Below are positions 17,358 through 25,882 of a DNA stretch of 37,077 bases, in pieces. The notes beneath the pieces were generated by a model that was not told the origin of the DNA, searched no databases, and was given only the letters and a program-made list of their open reading frames with translations. The translations under genes were made by a program, and so were the position numbers. The DNA comes from a virus (taxonomy: Duplodnaviria > Caudoviricetes). Each line of letters opens with the position of its first letter. Position 1 is the stretch's first letter. The stretch is taken from IMG/VR virus record IMGVR_UViG_3300044477_000180, positions 1 through 37,077 of that record. One strand, given 5' to 3'.

Positions 17358-17915
17358 TTGATTAAGGAGAAATATATGACTGCTACAAAAAAGAAGTCAA
17401 AAAAACAAATAAGTAAAGAAATAATCGAAATATTAGATAGTATAGTTATAATATGTGATACAAGAGAACAGGAAAACACACATATTACAAAAGTTTTTGA
17501 AAAATGCAATATTAAAAATATTAGAAGTGGCTTAAAATTTGGAGACTATAGCTTTTTTTGTGGAAGTACTGGCGAAAGATTTGATCAACAAATTGTAATA
17601 GAACGAAAAAATTCAATTGATGAATTATCACAAAATTTTACAAAAGGTAGAAAACAGTTTGAGAATGAAATGCAGAAAGCAAAGCAAGAAAATTGTAGGT
17701 TTATACTTTTGGTAGAAAATAGTAGTTATATAGATATCCTTAATCATAATTATAGATCAGAACTAACATCAAAATCTTTTGTATCTAGCCTATTAACGTA
17801 TCAAACTAGATACAATATATCTATAATTTTCATGGAAGGTATATGTAGTGCAAACTACATATATAATACTTTCAAATATTTTTTAAGAGAAAAATTAAAG
17901 GAGGAATTATTTTGA
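17358..17915 (+). CDS. ERCC4/XPF-domain nuclease (likely resolvase); true start probably ATG 17376
   Basis: DTREQ, GDY and IERK motifs; AAGGAG precedes ATG 17376. Confidence 0.9.
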   Translation: MIKEKYMTATKKKSKKQISKEIIEILDSIVIICDTREQENTHITKVFEKCNIKNIRSGLKFGDYSFFCGSTGERFDQQIVIERKNSIDELSQNFTKGRKQFENEMQKAKQENCRFILLVENSSYIDILNHNYRSELTSKSFVSSLLTYQTRYNISIIFMEGICSANYIYNTFKYFLREKLKEELF

Positions 17916-18295
17916 AACATATATTTTATGGGAAAATAGTTAGTTATATTTATCGTGCTGAATTGCATATTTGTGCAGCAATGAGTGGAGAAAAACAGAA
18001 ATATCCTAGTGAAGAAAAAATATTGATGGGATATAAACAAATAACATCTGAAAATTTACCTTATAAAATTTCAGTAGGTGAATATATAAAATTCGATGTT
18101 GTAAATGAAGGAAAGGTTGAAGCAAAAGTTGATAGAATTGTTTGTAATTTGTTAGAAATAGAATGTTACTTAGATTATGAAGTTGAAAAAAATATAAATA
18201 AAGAAAGTTTAGAAAGAATGAACAAAGAAATAGAAGAATCAAGGAAGGAGAACGAATTGAGGTATGAACAAAACAGAACAGAATATAAAGAATAA
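17912..18295 (+). CDS. Hypothetical protein
   Basis: TTG start with RBS GGAGG, coupled to the upstream gene. Confidence 0.65.
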   Translation: MKHIFYGKIVSYIYRAELHICAAMSGEKQKYPSEEKILMGYKQITSENLPYKISVGEYIKFDVVNEGKVEAKVDRIVCNLLEIECYLDYEVEKNINKESLERMNKEIEESRKENELRYEQNRTEYKE

Positions 18296-18485
18296 TTTAC
18301 AAAAGTATCGATTATTTAAGAATCTTACTCAAGAAGAGTTAAAAGAAAAAACTAAAATTTCTATAAATATGATTCGAAGAATAGAAAAAAGAAATTATTA
18401 TCCTAATTATATAATTCGTTCCAAAATTTGTGAATTCTTCGAAGTTAACCAAAATCAAATGTTTTATAAAGAAATGGAGGAATAG
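18264..18485 (+). CDS. XRE-family HTH protein
   Basis: NNLQKYRLFKNLTQEELKEKTKISINMIRRIE. Confidence 0.88.
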   Translation: MNKTEQNIKNNLQKYRLFKNLTQEELKEKTKISINMIRRIEKRNYYPNYIIRSKICEFFEVNQNQMFYKEMEE

Positions 18486-18963
18486 AAAGGTGAAGGCAGA
18501 TATAGTTATCTATAGAGCAACTGGCATAATCGGAAACTTAATAGGGCTAATATCTCATTCTGAATTTACTCATGTTGCATTATATTTGAGTGAAAATAAA
18601 ATAATAGAATCAACATGGCGTGGTGTTAAAATCAATCAATTTAAGGACAAAAAAGGACTAGAAATATATCAATTTCAAAGTTTGTCTGAAGAAAATAGAG
18701 AAAAAATAATTCAATTTGTAATGTCTAAGATTAACTCAAAATATGATTATAGACTATTATTTACAATTATGTTAGAAAGATGGTTTGGTATTAGGCCTTT
18801 GGACTCTCAAAAAGAATATATATGCAGCGAGTTAATAGACGCTGCATATCAGGAAATAGGGATTGATATTTTTAAATCCAGAATATTAAATCCTACTCCA
18901 CAAGAATTAAGAAATAGTCTTAAAAATATTGATGATGTTATTCAATATAAATGGAAATATTAA
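18430..18963 (+). CDS. Permuted papain-like amidase (YaeF/YiiX, C92 family); start probably GTG 18490
   Basis: SEFTHVALY, YDY and YICSEL (His precedes Cys). Confidence 0.85.
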   Translation: MNSSKLTKIKCFIKKWRNRKVKADIVIYRATGIIGNLIGLISHSEFTHVALYLSENKIIESTWRGVKINQFKDKKGLEIYQFQSLSEENREKIIQFVMSKINSKYDYRLLFTIMLERWFGIRPLDSQKEYICSELIDAAYQEIGIDIFKSRILNPTPQELRNSLKNIDDVIQYKWKY

Positions 18964-18980
18964 GAAAGGATAAATGTTAA

Positions 18981-19223
18981 ATGGAATTAAAATTGCTAAT
19001 TGAAAAATGTATATTAGAAATAAATGTAGATGGAAAAGTTATAGAAGAAATCAAGAAAGAATTTTCTAACTTCGAAATATATTTTGAATACTATTGTTTT
19101 GAGCAAGAAAATATTTTTGAAATTAATTGTAGCTACAATATTGCAATAGCTATAATTAATAGGATAACTAACAAGAATGAAATGCAAAAGCTAGAAAATG
19201 GAACAAGGGGGATAGTAAATTGA
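18981..19223 (+). CDS. Hypothetical protein
   Basis: RBS AAAGGA. Confidence 0.65.
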   Translation: MELKLLIEKCILEINVDGKVIEEIKKEFSNFEIYFEYYCFEQENIFEINCSYNIAIAIINRITNKNEMQKLENGTRGIVN

Positions 19224-19555
19224 TAATAAATTTACCTATATTAGAAATAGAAAGTAATTTGAAAGAAAAAACTAATATTGAAAATAGAATAGAAAAGATT
19301 AAAAAAGGAAGAGTGGAGGCAACAATACATAATCAGCGAGTTAAAATTTTAGAAGAAGCTGGGGAATTATTTCGAGCTTTTGACAAAAAAGATATAAGAA
19401 ATGAAGCAATTGACGTTCTACAAGCCACTTTGCAATTAATAGAATTATTAGTTATTGAGGATCCTCTCTTATTTATGGATGAACTATTTAAGCATCATGA
19501 AAAAATTGAGAGGAGAGACTGGAAAACTAAAGGTAATTTTATTATTGAATTATAA
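19220..19555 (+). CDS. MazG-like all-alpha NTP pyrophosphohydrolase
   Basis: KILEEAGEL...EAIDVLQ (EExxE...ExxD). Confidence 0.75.
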   Translation: MIINLPILEIESNLKEKTNIENRIEKIKKGRVEATIHNQRVKILEEAGELFRAFDKKDIRNEAIDVLQATLQLIELLVIEDPLLFMDELFKHHEKIERRDWKTKGNFIIEL

Positions 19556-19625
19556 AAAATGTTATGGTAATATTGTTAAAACGGTCTTGAAATATTTTTT
19601 CTTTTGTAATTGAGTATAGAAATAG

Positions 19626-19662
19626 AAAAAAAGATGCATGAGGTTATATGTGCATCTTTTTT
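19626..19662. terminator. Bidirectional terminator
   Basis: AAAAAAGATGCA/TGCATCTTTTTT between convergent genes. Confidence 0.8.
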
Positions 19663-19677
19663 AGTTGTTTTCCTTGA

Positions 19678-19866
19678 TCAAGGGATAAGTTTTTGTTGCC
19701 TGATAGTTAGACCTGGATAATCTTTAGACAAGTAACTATAGAGTATATTACTTATTTGCTGGCTTCTTGTTATTTCATTCTCTCTAGCTTCAATATCAAG
19801 AACTTCCAATAACCTTTCTGAAATTGTAATATTAATATTCTTTTTTCCTTTTTTTATTGTTCCCAC
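19678..19866 (-). CDS. Ribbon-helix-helix (CopG/Arc/MetJ-like) regulator
   Basis: KKNINITISERLLEVLDIEARENEITRSQQISNIL; RBS AAGGAAG; own promoter. Confidence 0.85.
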   Translation of the reverse strand: MGTIKKGKKNINITISERLLEVLDIEARENEITRSQQISNILYSYLSKDYPGLTIRQQKLIP

Positions 19867-19889
19867 GATATCACTTCCTTTCGAGATTA

Positions 19890-19956
19890 ATTATATAAAA
19901 TAGGACTATAAAAGTCAATAAAAATTATTGACTAATCAATATATGTATGCGATAAT
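19890..19956. promoter_or_regulatory. Back-to-back divergent sigmaA promoters whose -35 boxes form an inverted repeat
   Basis: Minus strand TTGACT-N17-TATAAT; plus strand TTGACT(19928)-N17-GATAAT(19951); AGTCAATA-N5-TATTGACT. Confidence 0.85.
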
Positions 19957-19998
19957 AAAAGAGTAGTAAATAACAAATTTTTGAGAGGAGATATACCT

Positions 19999-20127
19999 AT
20001 GGGCTTGTTTTCTAAAAAAGAAGTTGTTGTTTTAACAGTGATTAAAGGTGGTGTAAAAACCACTAAAGAATCACAAGAATTTATAAAAAAAATTAAAGAT
20101 ATGGAGATCAAGAACAATGGAAAATAA
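19999..20127 (+). CDS. 42-aa small protein
   Basis: RBS GAGGAG; MGLFSKKEVVVLTVIKGG... Confidence 0.65.
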   Translation: MGLFSKKEVVVLTVIKGGVKTTKESQEFIKKIKDMEIKNNGK

Positions 20128-20200
20128 CATATTACAATCTTTGGGATTTATAATTGCTATAGTAGTATTTATTATAGTTATGAAAATGAAAAGAGGGTAA
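20117..20200 (+). CDS. 27-aa single-TM micropeptide
   Basis: MENNILQSLGFIIAIVVFIIVMKMKRG; GGAG upstream; overlaps the previous ORF. Confidence 0.6.
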   Translation: MENNILQSLGFIIAIVVFIIVMKMKRG

Positions 20201-20202
20201 AA

Positions 20203-20304
20203 ATGATTGAAAACTTATTTTTTATTGGAAAGTGCATGATTATACTTGGAATGTTTATCTTATTAATAATTACAATAACAAATATATTTAAAGGAGATAA
20301 TTAA
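20203..20304 (+). CDS. 33-aa single-TM micropeptide
   Basis: MIENLFFIGKCMIILGMFILLIITITNIFKGDN; AGAGGG upstream. Confidence 0.6.
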   Translation: MIENLFFIGKCMIILGMFILLIITITNIFKGDN

Positions 20305-20305
20305 A

Positions 20306-20449
20306 ATGAAGAGATTTAAGATTAAAATGTTAGATGGAGAAATTTTTTACATAAGAGCTAATAATGGAAATGAAGCTATGAATAAGATTTGTATTCAAGA
20401 AAAAGTAAGTATGATAGATATAGATTTAGTTACAGAGATTAGAGGTTAG
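20306..20449 (+). CDS. 47-aa small protein
   Basis: RBS AAGGAG; MKRFKIKMLDGEIFYIRA... Confidence 0.7.
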   Translation: MKRFKIKMLDGEIFYIRANNGNEAMNKICIQEKVSMIDIDLVTEIRG

Positions 20450-20465
20450 AGGTTAATACATATTC

Positions 20466-20499
20466 AAAAAGTACTTAGTGAAAACTAGGTACTTTTTTT
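20466..20499 (+). terminator. Intrinsic terminator
   Basis: AGTACTTAGT-GAAA-ACTAGGTACT followed by a T tract. Confidence 0.8.
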
Positions 20500-20569
20500 A
20501 TGTTTAATTTAGACTTTTAATATCGGTAAAATTAGGGTATTATTAGATATAGTAACGATTTAAAGGTGG

Positions 20570-21214
20570 GTGGTGGTGGTGGCAAAATGGGACTGGGATA
20601 AATTAAAACAAGATTATATATTAGGAGATTACAAGACTCTTAAAGAATTTTCAGAAAAAACTGGAGTAGAATATATATATCTAAGAAGAAAAGGTAGTAA
20701 ATGGAATGATGAAAAGTTAACACTGAATGCTCAGAAAGTTAACAAAGTTATCAATATTGTAAATAACAAAAAGATACAAAAAGAATCTAAAGAAATAGTT
20801 GATACCCTAAACTTATATAATAAAGCTTTGGAGTATGCTAGTAAGATTTTAGATAATGAAATGCAAACCTCAATTAATGGGTTTGGTATAGAATTTACAA
20901 CGAAACAAATTAATAGTTCTAAGCTAAAAACAATTGTTGATATACTAGAAAAAGGTCAAAAAGGTAGACGGTTAGAACAGGGATATATGACTGCATATGA
21001 GTTGAAAAAAATAGAAATTGAAGAGAAAAAACTTGAAATACAAAAAGAAATGTTAGAAATTGCAAGGGCTAAATCTGGCATGTTCGAAGATGAAGAAGAT
21101 ACCTATAAAATGGTAGAAATACCCTCTATAGACTACTCAGAATATGACAAGGAACAGCAACGACTAATAGAAGAATATATAAAAAAAGAGGATAATAAAA
21201 ATGAAAACAGATAA
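20570..21214 (+). CDS. terS: Terminase small subunit
   Basis: DWDKLKQDYI..HTH-like N-terminus and coiled coil; directly upstream of TerL. Confidence 0.8.
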   Translation: MVVVAKWDWDKLKQDYILGDYKTLKEFSEKTGVEYIYLRRKGSKWNDEKLTLNAQKVNKVINIVNNKKIQKESKEIVDTLNLYNKALEYASKILDNEMQTSINGFGIEFTTKQINSSKLKTIVDILEKGQKGRRLEQGYMTAYELKKIEIEEKKLEIQKEMLEIARAKSGMFEDEEDTYKMVEIPSIDYSEYDKEQQRLIEEYIKKEDNKNENR

Positions 21215-22601
21215 AAATATTGAAATAGTTTGGAGTCCTCAACCAAAGCAAAAAATATTTTTGAGTCGTTGTGAGTTCGAAGTTTTATACGGTGGAGCCG
21301 CTGGAGGAGGAAAGAGCGATGCGATTCTAGTAGATGCGTTGAGACAAATTAAACACAAAAGTTATAGAGCTATAATATTCAGAAAAACATATCCTCAGCT
21401 TACAGAACTTATAGATAGAGCTTTAGAGTTATATAAGATAATTTGTCCTAGTGTAAAATTTAATGATTCAAAACATGTTTTTAGCTTCCCTTCAGGGAGC
21501 AAAGTATATTTTGCTTCAATGCAACATACCAAGGACAAAACCAATTATCAAGGAAAACAATTCCAGTTTATTGGAATTGATGAATTAACACATTTTGTAG
21601 AAGAAGAGTATATGTATTTATTATCTAGATGTAGAGCAAGGGCAGCAGGCTTAAGATGTTATATGAGAGGAACAGCTAACCCTGGGGGAGTCGGGCATGG
21701 ATTTGTAAAAAGTAGGTTTATTGATCAAGGAGCTTTTAAAACAGTTAATGAATTTTACGTTTATAAACAAAAGGTTATGATTAGAGATAGAATATTTATT
21801 CCTGCTAGTTTGTTCGATAATTCTAAACTTCTAGAAAATGATCCCAACTATTTAGCTAACTTAATGATGCTTCCAGAAAAAGAGAAGAATGCATTATTGG
21901 GAGGAAGCTGGGAAGAGTATGCAGGACAATATTATCCAGAGTTTCGAAGCAACACGCATGTTATAATACCTTTTGAAATTCCTAGCAATTGGGTTAAATT
22001 TCGGAGTCTAGACTATGGTCTTGATATGACTGCCTGTTATTGGTGGGCAGTGGATACGAAAGGATATTGTTATATTTACAGGGAATTATATCAATCAAAT
22101 TTAAGTTTATCTCAATCAGCAAAAAAGATTGTGGAGTTGACTAACAAAGATGAAGAAATTGCATATACTGTATGTTCACCTGATTTATGGAATAGACGCC
22201 AAGAATCAGGTGAAAGTGGACAAGAAATAATGATAAAATCAGGACTTAGGAATTTAATAAAGGCTAATGATAGTAGAGTCCAAGGGTGGAGAACATTGCG
22301 AGAGTATTTAATGTTTTATGATAGTGGCATTGAGAATAAACCAAGAATTAATATTTTTCAAAATTGTGTTAACTTAATTAGGTGTTTTCCACTATTGCAA
22401 CATGATGAAAAAAATGTTGAAGATGTTGCCAATACTCCACATGAAATAACACACGCTCCTGAATCAATACGTTATGGGATAATGTCACGTCCTAAACTTA
22501 GTGTTATTACCAAAAAAGTAATACCTCAATGGGAGAGCGAAAAACCAAAAGTTAACAATTTTACTGGTGGTGAACCTACCAGTTCATGGATAAATTATTA
22601 A
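21201..22601 (+). CDS. terL: Terminase large subunit
   Basis: YGGAAGGGKS, IGIDE, TANPGG, RSLDYG and HAPESIRY motifs. Confidence 0.95.
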   Translation: MKTDKNIEIVWSPQPKQKIFLSRCEFEVLYGGAAGGGKSDAILVDALRQIKHKSYRAIIFRKTYPQLTELIDRALELYKIICPSVKFNDSKHVFSFPSGSKVYFASMQHTKDKTNYQGKQFQFIGIDELTHFVEEEYMYLLSRCRARAAGLRCYMRGTANPGGVGHGFVKSRFIDQGAFKTVNEFYVYKQKVMIRDRIFIPASLFDNSKLLENDPNYLANLMMLPEKEKNALLGGSWEEYAGQYYPEFRSNTHVIIPFEIPSNWVKFRSLDYGLDMTACYWWAVDTKGYCYIYRELYQSNLSLSQSAKKIVELTNKDEEIAYTVCSPDLWNRRQESGESGQEIMIKSGLRNLIKANDSRVQGWRTLREYLMFYDSGIENKPRINIFQNCVNLIRCFPLLQHDEKNVEDVANTPHEITHAPESIRYGIMSRPKLSVITKKVIPQWESEKPKVNNFTGGEPTSSWINY

Positions 22602-22618
22602 TAAAAGAAGGTGAGTAA

Positions 22619-22852
22619 ATGGATAAATTAATATTTTTTTTGTATAACATAATTGGATTAGTTGTTGGAATGTTAATCTATAGATATGGATTTGTAGAGG
22701 GTCAGAGGGTTAGTAAGGGATTACCTATTGACTCTATTGTAAAGAAAAAAGAATCTAAAAAAATAGAGTTAGATAAGGATCCTATAATTGAGGGTTGGGA
22801 TAACATAATGGCTTATACGGGAGAACCACAAAAAGGAAGTAAGGAGGAATAA
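22619..22852 (+). CDS. Small N-terminal-TM protein between TerL and portal
   Basis: Hydrophobic N-terminus; GWDNIMAY motif. Confidence 0.7.
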   Translation: MDKLIFFLYNIIGLVVGMLIYRYGFVEGQRVSKGLPIDSIVKKKESKKIELDKDPIIEGWDNIMAYTGEPQKGSKEE

Positions 22853-22855
22853 ACA

Positions 22856-24604
22856 ATGCCAAGTATAAATAATAGTAGTAGCAATAATTATAGCGATATT
22901 TCGGCTGATTGGAAAGATTATCAAGCAGGGATAGACTACAAGAGAAGGATAGATTTATATGCAACAGTGGATAAAAACGAGCGTATGTATGCAGGGGATC
23001 AGTGGAATGGTGTAAAAAACAATGGCTTACCTACTCCAGTTTTCAACATTATAAAGCGTGTAATAAACTACTTTATTGCTGCATTAGTAAGTCAACCTTA
23101 TAAAATGCAATTTAGCACATATGATGGAATCGCTGAAGATGAACAGGCAAAAAACTTAACTAGATATATAGATCAAAAGTGGGAGTTTGATAAATTGAAT
23201 GGTCTAATCATGAAAGGTTTGCTTGATGCAGCTGTAAGCGGTGATTTATCTTTTCACACTTATTGGAACACTAAAGCCTATGTCGATGGAATAACTGAAG
23301 GGGATTTTGAAGTTGAAAAGGTAGATAATGTTAATGTGCTCTTTGGCAATCCTAATTCAAACATAGTAAACAAGAATGGTAGACCATACCAGCCTTATAT
23401 CCTTGTTGCTGGAAGAGAAACGGTGTTTAATCTAAAGGCAGAAGCACGAAAAAATGGCATTAGTGAAGATAAAGTCATGCAAATAGTCGCTGATAGCGAC
23501 TATACTAACCAATCTGGGGACAGAGGAAAATATGAGCTTGATGGTAAAGAGGATAATATTTCTAAAGCTACTTATGTTGTAAAATATTATCTAAATGAAG
23601 AAACTAATACAATATTTATGCGAAAAAGTATTAGGGTATGCCAGTTAACAAAAGATGTAGATACGGAGTTGCAGCTTTATCCTATTTGCTGGATGAACTG
23701 GGATGAACGAAAAAATAGTTATCATGGTCAAGCTCCTATCACAGGCATTATTCCTAACCAAATTTACATAAATAAACAATTTGCAATGATAATGAAACAC
23801 ATGATGGATACAGCATTGTCGAAAGTAATCTATGATAAGCATAGAATAACAGCATGGTCTAATGAAGTAGGAGTTGCAATTGGTTGTGAGGGTGATATTA
23901 CAGGAGCAGCGCAAACACTTCCAGTTGGTCAAATGAGTTCGGGGATCCTTGATATTATAAACACAACAATTTCTTTAACCAAAGATTTATTAGGCGCTAC
24001 AGATGCAGCGTTGGGCAATGTAGCAGCAGACAATACGAGTGCAATAATAGCAGTACAAAAAAGCAGTGCCGTACCTCTCGAAATCATTAAGGCTAATATG
24101 ATGCAATTCATAGAAGATCTAGGTTATATCTGGTTAGACTTTGTTAGAGCAAAATATATAACTCCTCGTACTGCTACAATTCAGGAGGATGGAGAAACAA
24201 AGCAAGTAGAGGTTGGTGGAAAACAGGATTTACGGTATAGAATTAAAGTAGATGTTGGAGCTTCGACTATGTGGAGCGAACTAACAGCATTGCAAACACT
24301 AGATAATTTATTAAGTGCTGATAAAATAACATTTATACAGTATTTACAAAGAGTTCCAAATGGAATTATTCCTGAAAAACAAAAATTAATTGATGAATTA
24401 AACCAACAATTAGAACTAGAACAACAACAATTGCAGCAACAGCAAGGGCAACAACAAAACATGGATTATGAACAAATGGCACAATTTATGGAAACGTTAC
24501 CAGAAGAAGAGCAAATTAGATTACAGCAAATGGATCCTTCTCAAATGGAAGCGGCGCTAAAAGTAATGCAACAACAACAATTACAAATGAGTCCACAAAA
24601 ATAG
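22856..24604 (+). CDS. Portal protein (P22-like) with Gln-rich C-terminus
   Basis: YAGDQW, PVFNII and IPNQ.YINK motifs; 582 aa; follows TerL. Confidence 0.88.
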   Translation: MPSINNSSSNNYSDISADWKDYQAGIDYKRRIDLYATVDKNERMYAGDQWNGVKNNGLPTPVFNIIKRVINYFIAALVSQPYKMQFSTYDGIAEDEQAKNLTRYIDQKWEFDKLNGLIMKGLLDAAVSGDLSFHTYWNTKAYVDGITEGDFEVEKVDNVNVLFGNPNSNIVNKNGRPYQPYILVAGRETVFNLKAEARKNGISEDKVMQIVADSDYTNQSGDRGKYELDGKEDNISKATYVVKYYLNEETNTIFMRKSIRVCQLTKDVDTELQLYPICWMNWDERKNSYHGQAPITGIIPNQIYINKQFAMIMKHMMDTALSKVIYDKHRITAWSNEVGVAIGCEGDITGAAQTLPVGQMSSGILDIINTTISLTKDLLGATDAALGNVAADNTSAIIAVQKSSAVPLEIIKANMMQFIEDLGYIWLDFVRAKYITPRTATIQEDGETKQVEVGGKQDLRYRIKVDVGASTMWSELTALQTLDNLLSADKITFIQYLQRVPNGIIPEKQKLIDELNQQLELEQQQLQQQQGQQQNMDYEQMAQFMETLPEEEQIRLQQMDPSQMEAALKVMQQQQLQMSPQK

Positions 24605-24616
24605 AAAGGGGATCGT

Positions 24617-24823
24617 ATGGATAGTTTGAATCAAAATATTTTAGTTTTTAAAGGCAATGAGAGTGAGGAAATATTGAATTTATCAGTAATGGAGCGTATT
24701 ATAAAAGATATTCAAAGCCTAAAATTTGATGGTATAAATGACTATCAGTCTTTGGGATTGGATCAAGCTATAGAAGTTGTCAAAAGTTATAATACTTCAG
24801 GAGCATTTTTAAAAATTGATTGA
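24617..24823 (+). CDS. Hypothetical protein
   Basis: RBS AAGGGG. Confidence 0.65.
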   Translation: MDSLNQNILVFKGNESEEILNLSVMERIIKDIQSLKFDGINDYQSLGLDQAIEVVKSYNTSGAFLKID

Positions 24824-24837
24824 TAGGAGAAGCTAAG

Positions 24838-24939
24838 ATGAAAGATAAAAAATGTAATGATGATAAAATTAAACCTGTAAAGTCTAAATCTATGTCTATT
24901 GTTTCGAAAAAGAAAGAGACCAAAACTAAGAAAAAATAA
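24838..24939 (+). CDS. 33-aa highly basic (Lys-rich) peptide (not in the ORF track)
   Basis: RBS AGGAG; MKDKKCNDDKIKPVKSKSMSIVSKKKETKTKKK. Confidence 0.55.
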   Translation: MKDKKCNDDKIKPVKSKSMSIVSKKKETKTKKK

Positions 24940-24950
24940 AATATATGTAA

Positions 24951-24983
24951 GAAAGAGTCTAATTTAAGATTGGATTCTTTTTT
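24951..24983 (+). terminator. Intrinsic terminator
   Basis: AAAGAGTCTAAT/ATTGGATTCTTT stem (with G-U pairs) plus T tract. Confidence 0.6.
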
Positions 24984-24988
24984 AGTTT

Positions 24989-25070
24989 AAAGATTCCTTG
25001 ATCAAATAAAGATTAGTTTTACATCGAAATAAAAATCATATCTATCTGATCAAGGAAAATTTCTTTAACT
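24989..25070. repeat. Dispersed inverted-repeat element, copy C
   Basis: AAAGATTCCTTGATCAAATA ... TATCTATCTGATCAAGGAAAA. Confidence 0.9.
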
Positions 25071-25100
25071 TGCATACAAATTTAATTTTTAAGAGTATAA

Positions 25101-25242
25101 TTTAACTATGTTTTTTTGGTTTGTAATTTACAAAACTGGAAATAGAATCGCACTATTAATCTATTCAAAATTACCATAAACCACGAAACATAGTAATAAG
25201 TTAAATCTGAATGTTACATAACGTAATTGTGTAACATTCAGA
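25101..25242 (+). other. Structured leader or candidate ncRNA upstream of the glycosyltransferases
   Basis: Long interrupted hairpin at 25105-25194 and a perfect 13-bp stem at 25206-25218/25230-25242. Confidence 0.6.
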
Positions 25243-25267
25243 AAATTAAACAGAAAAGAGGACTATT

Positions 25268-25882
25268 ATGGAAGCAAGAATTTTACTTGGAATGCCAACT
25301 ACAAAAAATGTTAATTTCGAAACAGTTGCTAGTATGATGGGATTGGGTAGTAGATTTATAACACATACAACTATTATAGATTGTTGTCTAGTTTATAAGG
25401 CAAGGCAACAAATTGTGGAAGAGGCTTTAAAAGCTAATTGTACTCACGTTTTTTTTATGGATTCGGATATGGTTATAAAGTATGGAGATATAGACAAATT
25501 ATTAGAACATAATTTAGACATAGCTTCTATGATGGCATTTAAGAGGACTCCTCCATATAATCCATGCTTTTATAAGGATAAAGTTGGCAATGAGTATATA
25601 CCATGGTATGAGTGGAATAAAGATAGTTTAATAGAGTGTGCTGGGATAGGTTTGGCATGTGCTTTAATCAAAACTAAAGTTTTTGCTAATATAGGACTTG
25701 ACTGCTTTATTCCTAGAGATAATGGCGAAGATATAAGTTTTTGTGAAAAAGCTATAGAATCGGGTTACAATATTTGGGTTGATACTAACTTATGTGCTGG
25801 ACATGTAAGTCAAGAAATAATAGGATCAGCACATTATTTGGCTTATAGAGATAATAAGAGAGGACTTATAGAAAATGAATGA
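25268..25882 (+). CDS. GT-A fold (GT2-like) glycosyltransferase
   Basis: ARQQIV, FFMDSD (DxD), GLACALI, GEDISFC and DT...GH motifs. Confidence 0.88.
   Translation: MEARILLGMPTTKNVNFETVASMMGLGSRFITHTTIIDCCLVYKARQQIVEEALKANCTHVFFMDSDMVIKYGDIDKLLEHNLDIASMMAFKRTPPYNPCFYKDKVGNEYIPWYEWNKDSLIECAGIGLACALIKTKVFANIGLDCFIPRDNGEDISFCEKAIESGYNIWVDTNLCAGHVSQEIIGSAHYLAYRDNKRGLIENE

Noticed and set aside
25211-25237. parS site (TGTTACA...TGTAACA)
   Set aside because: Half-sites are 11 nt apart rather than forming the 16-bp parS palindrome; better explained as a hairpin.
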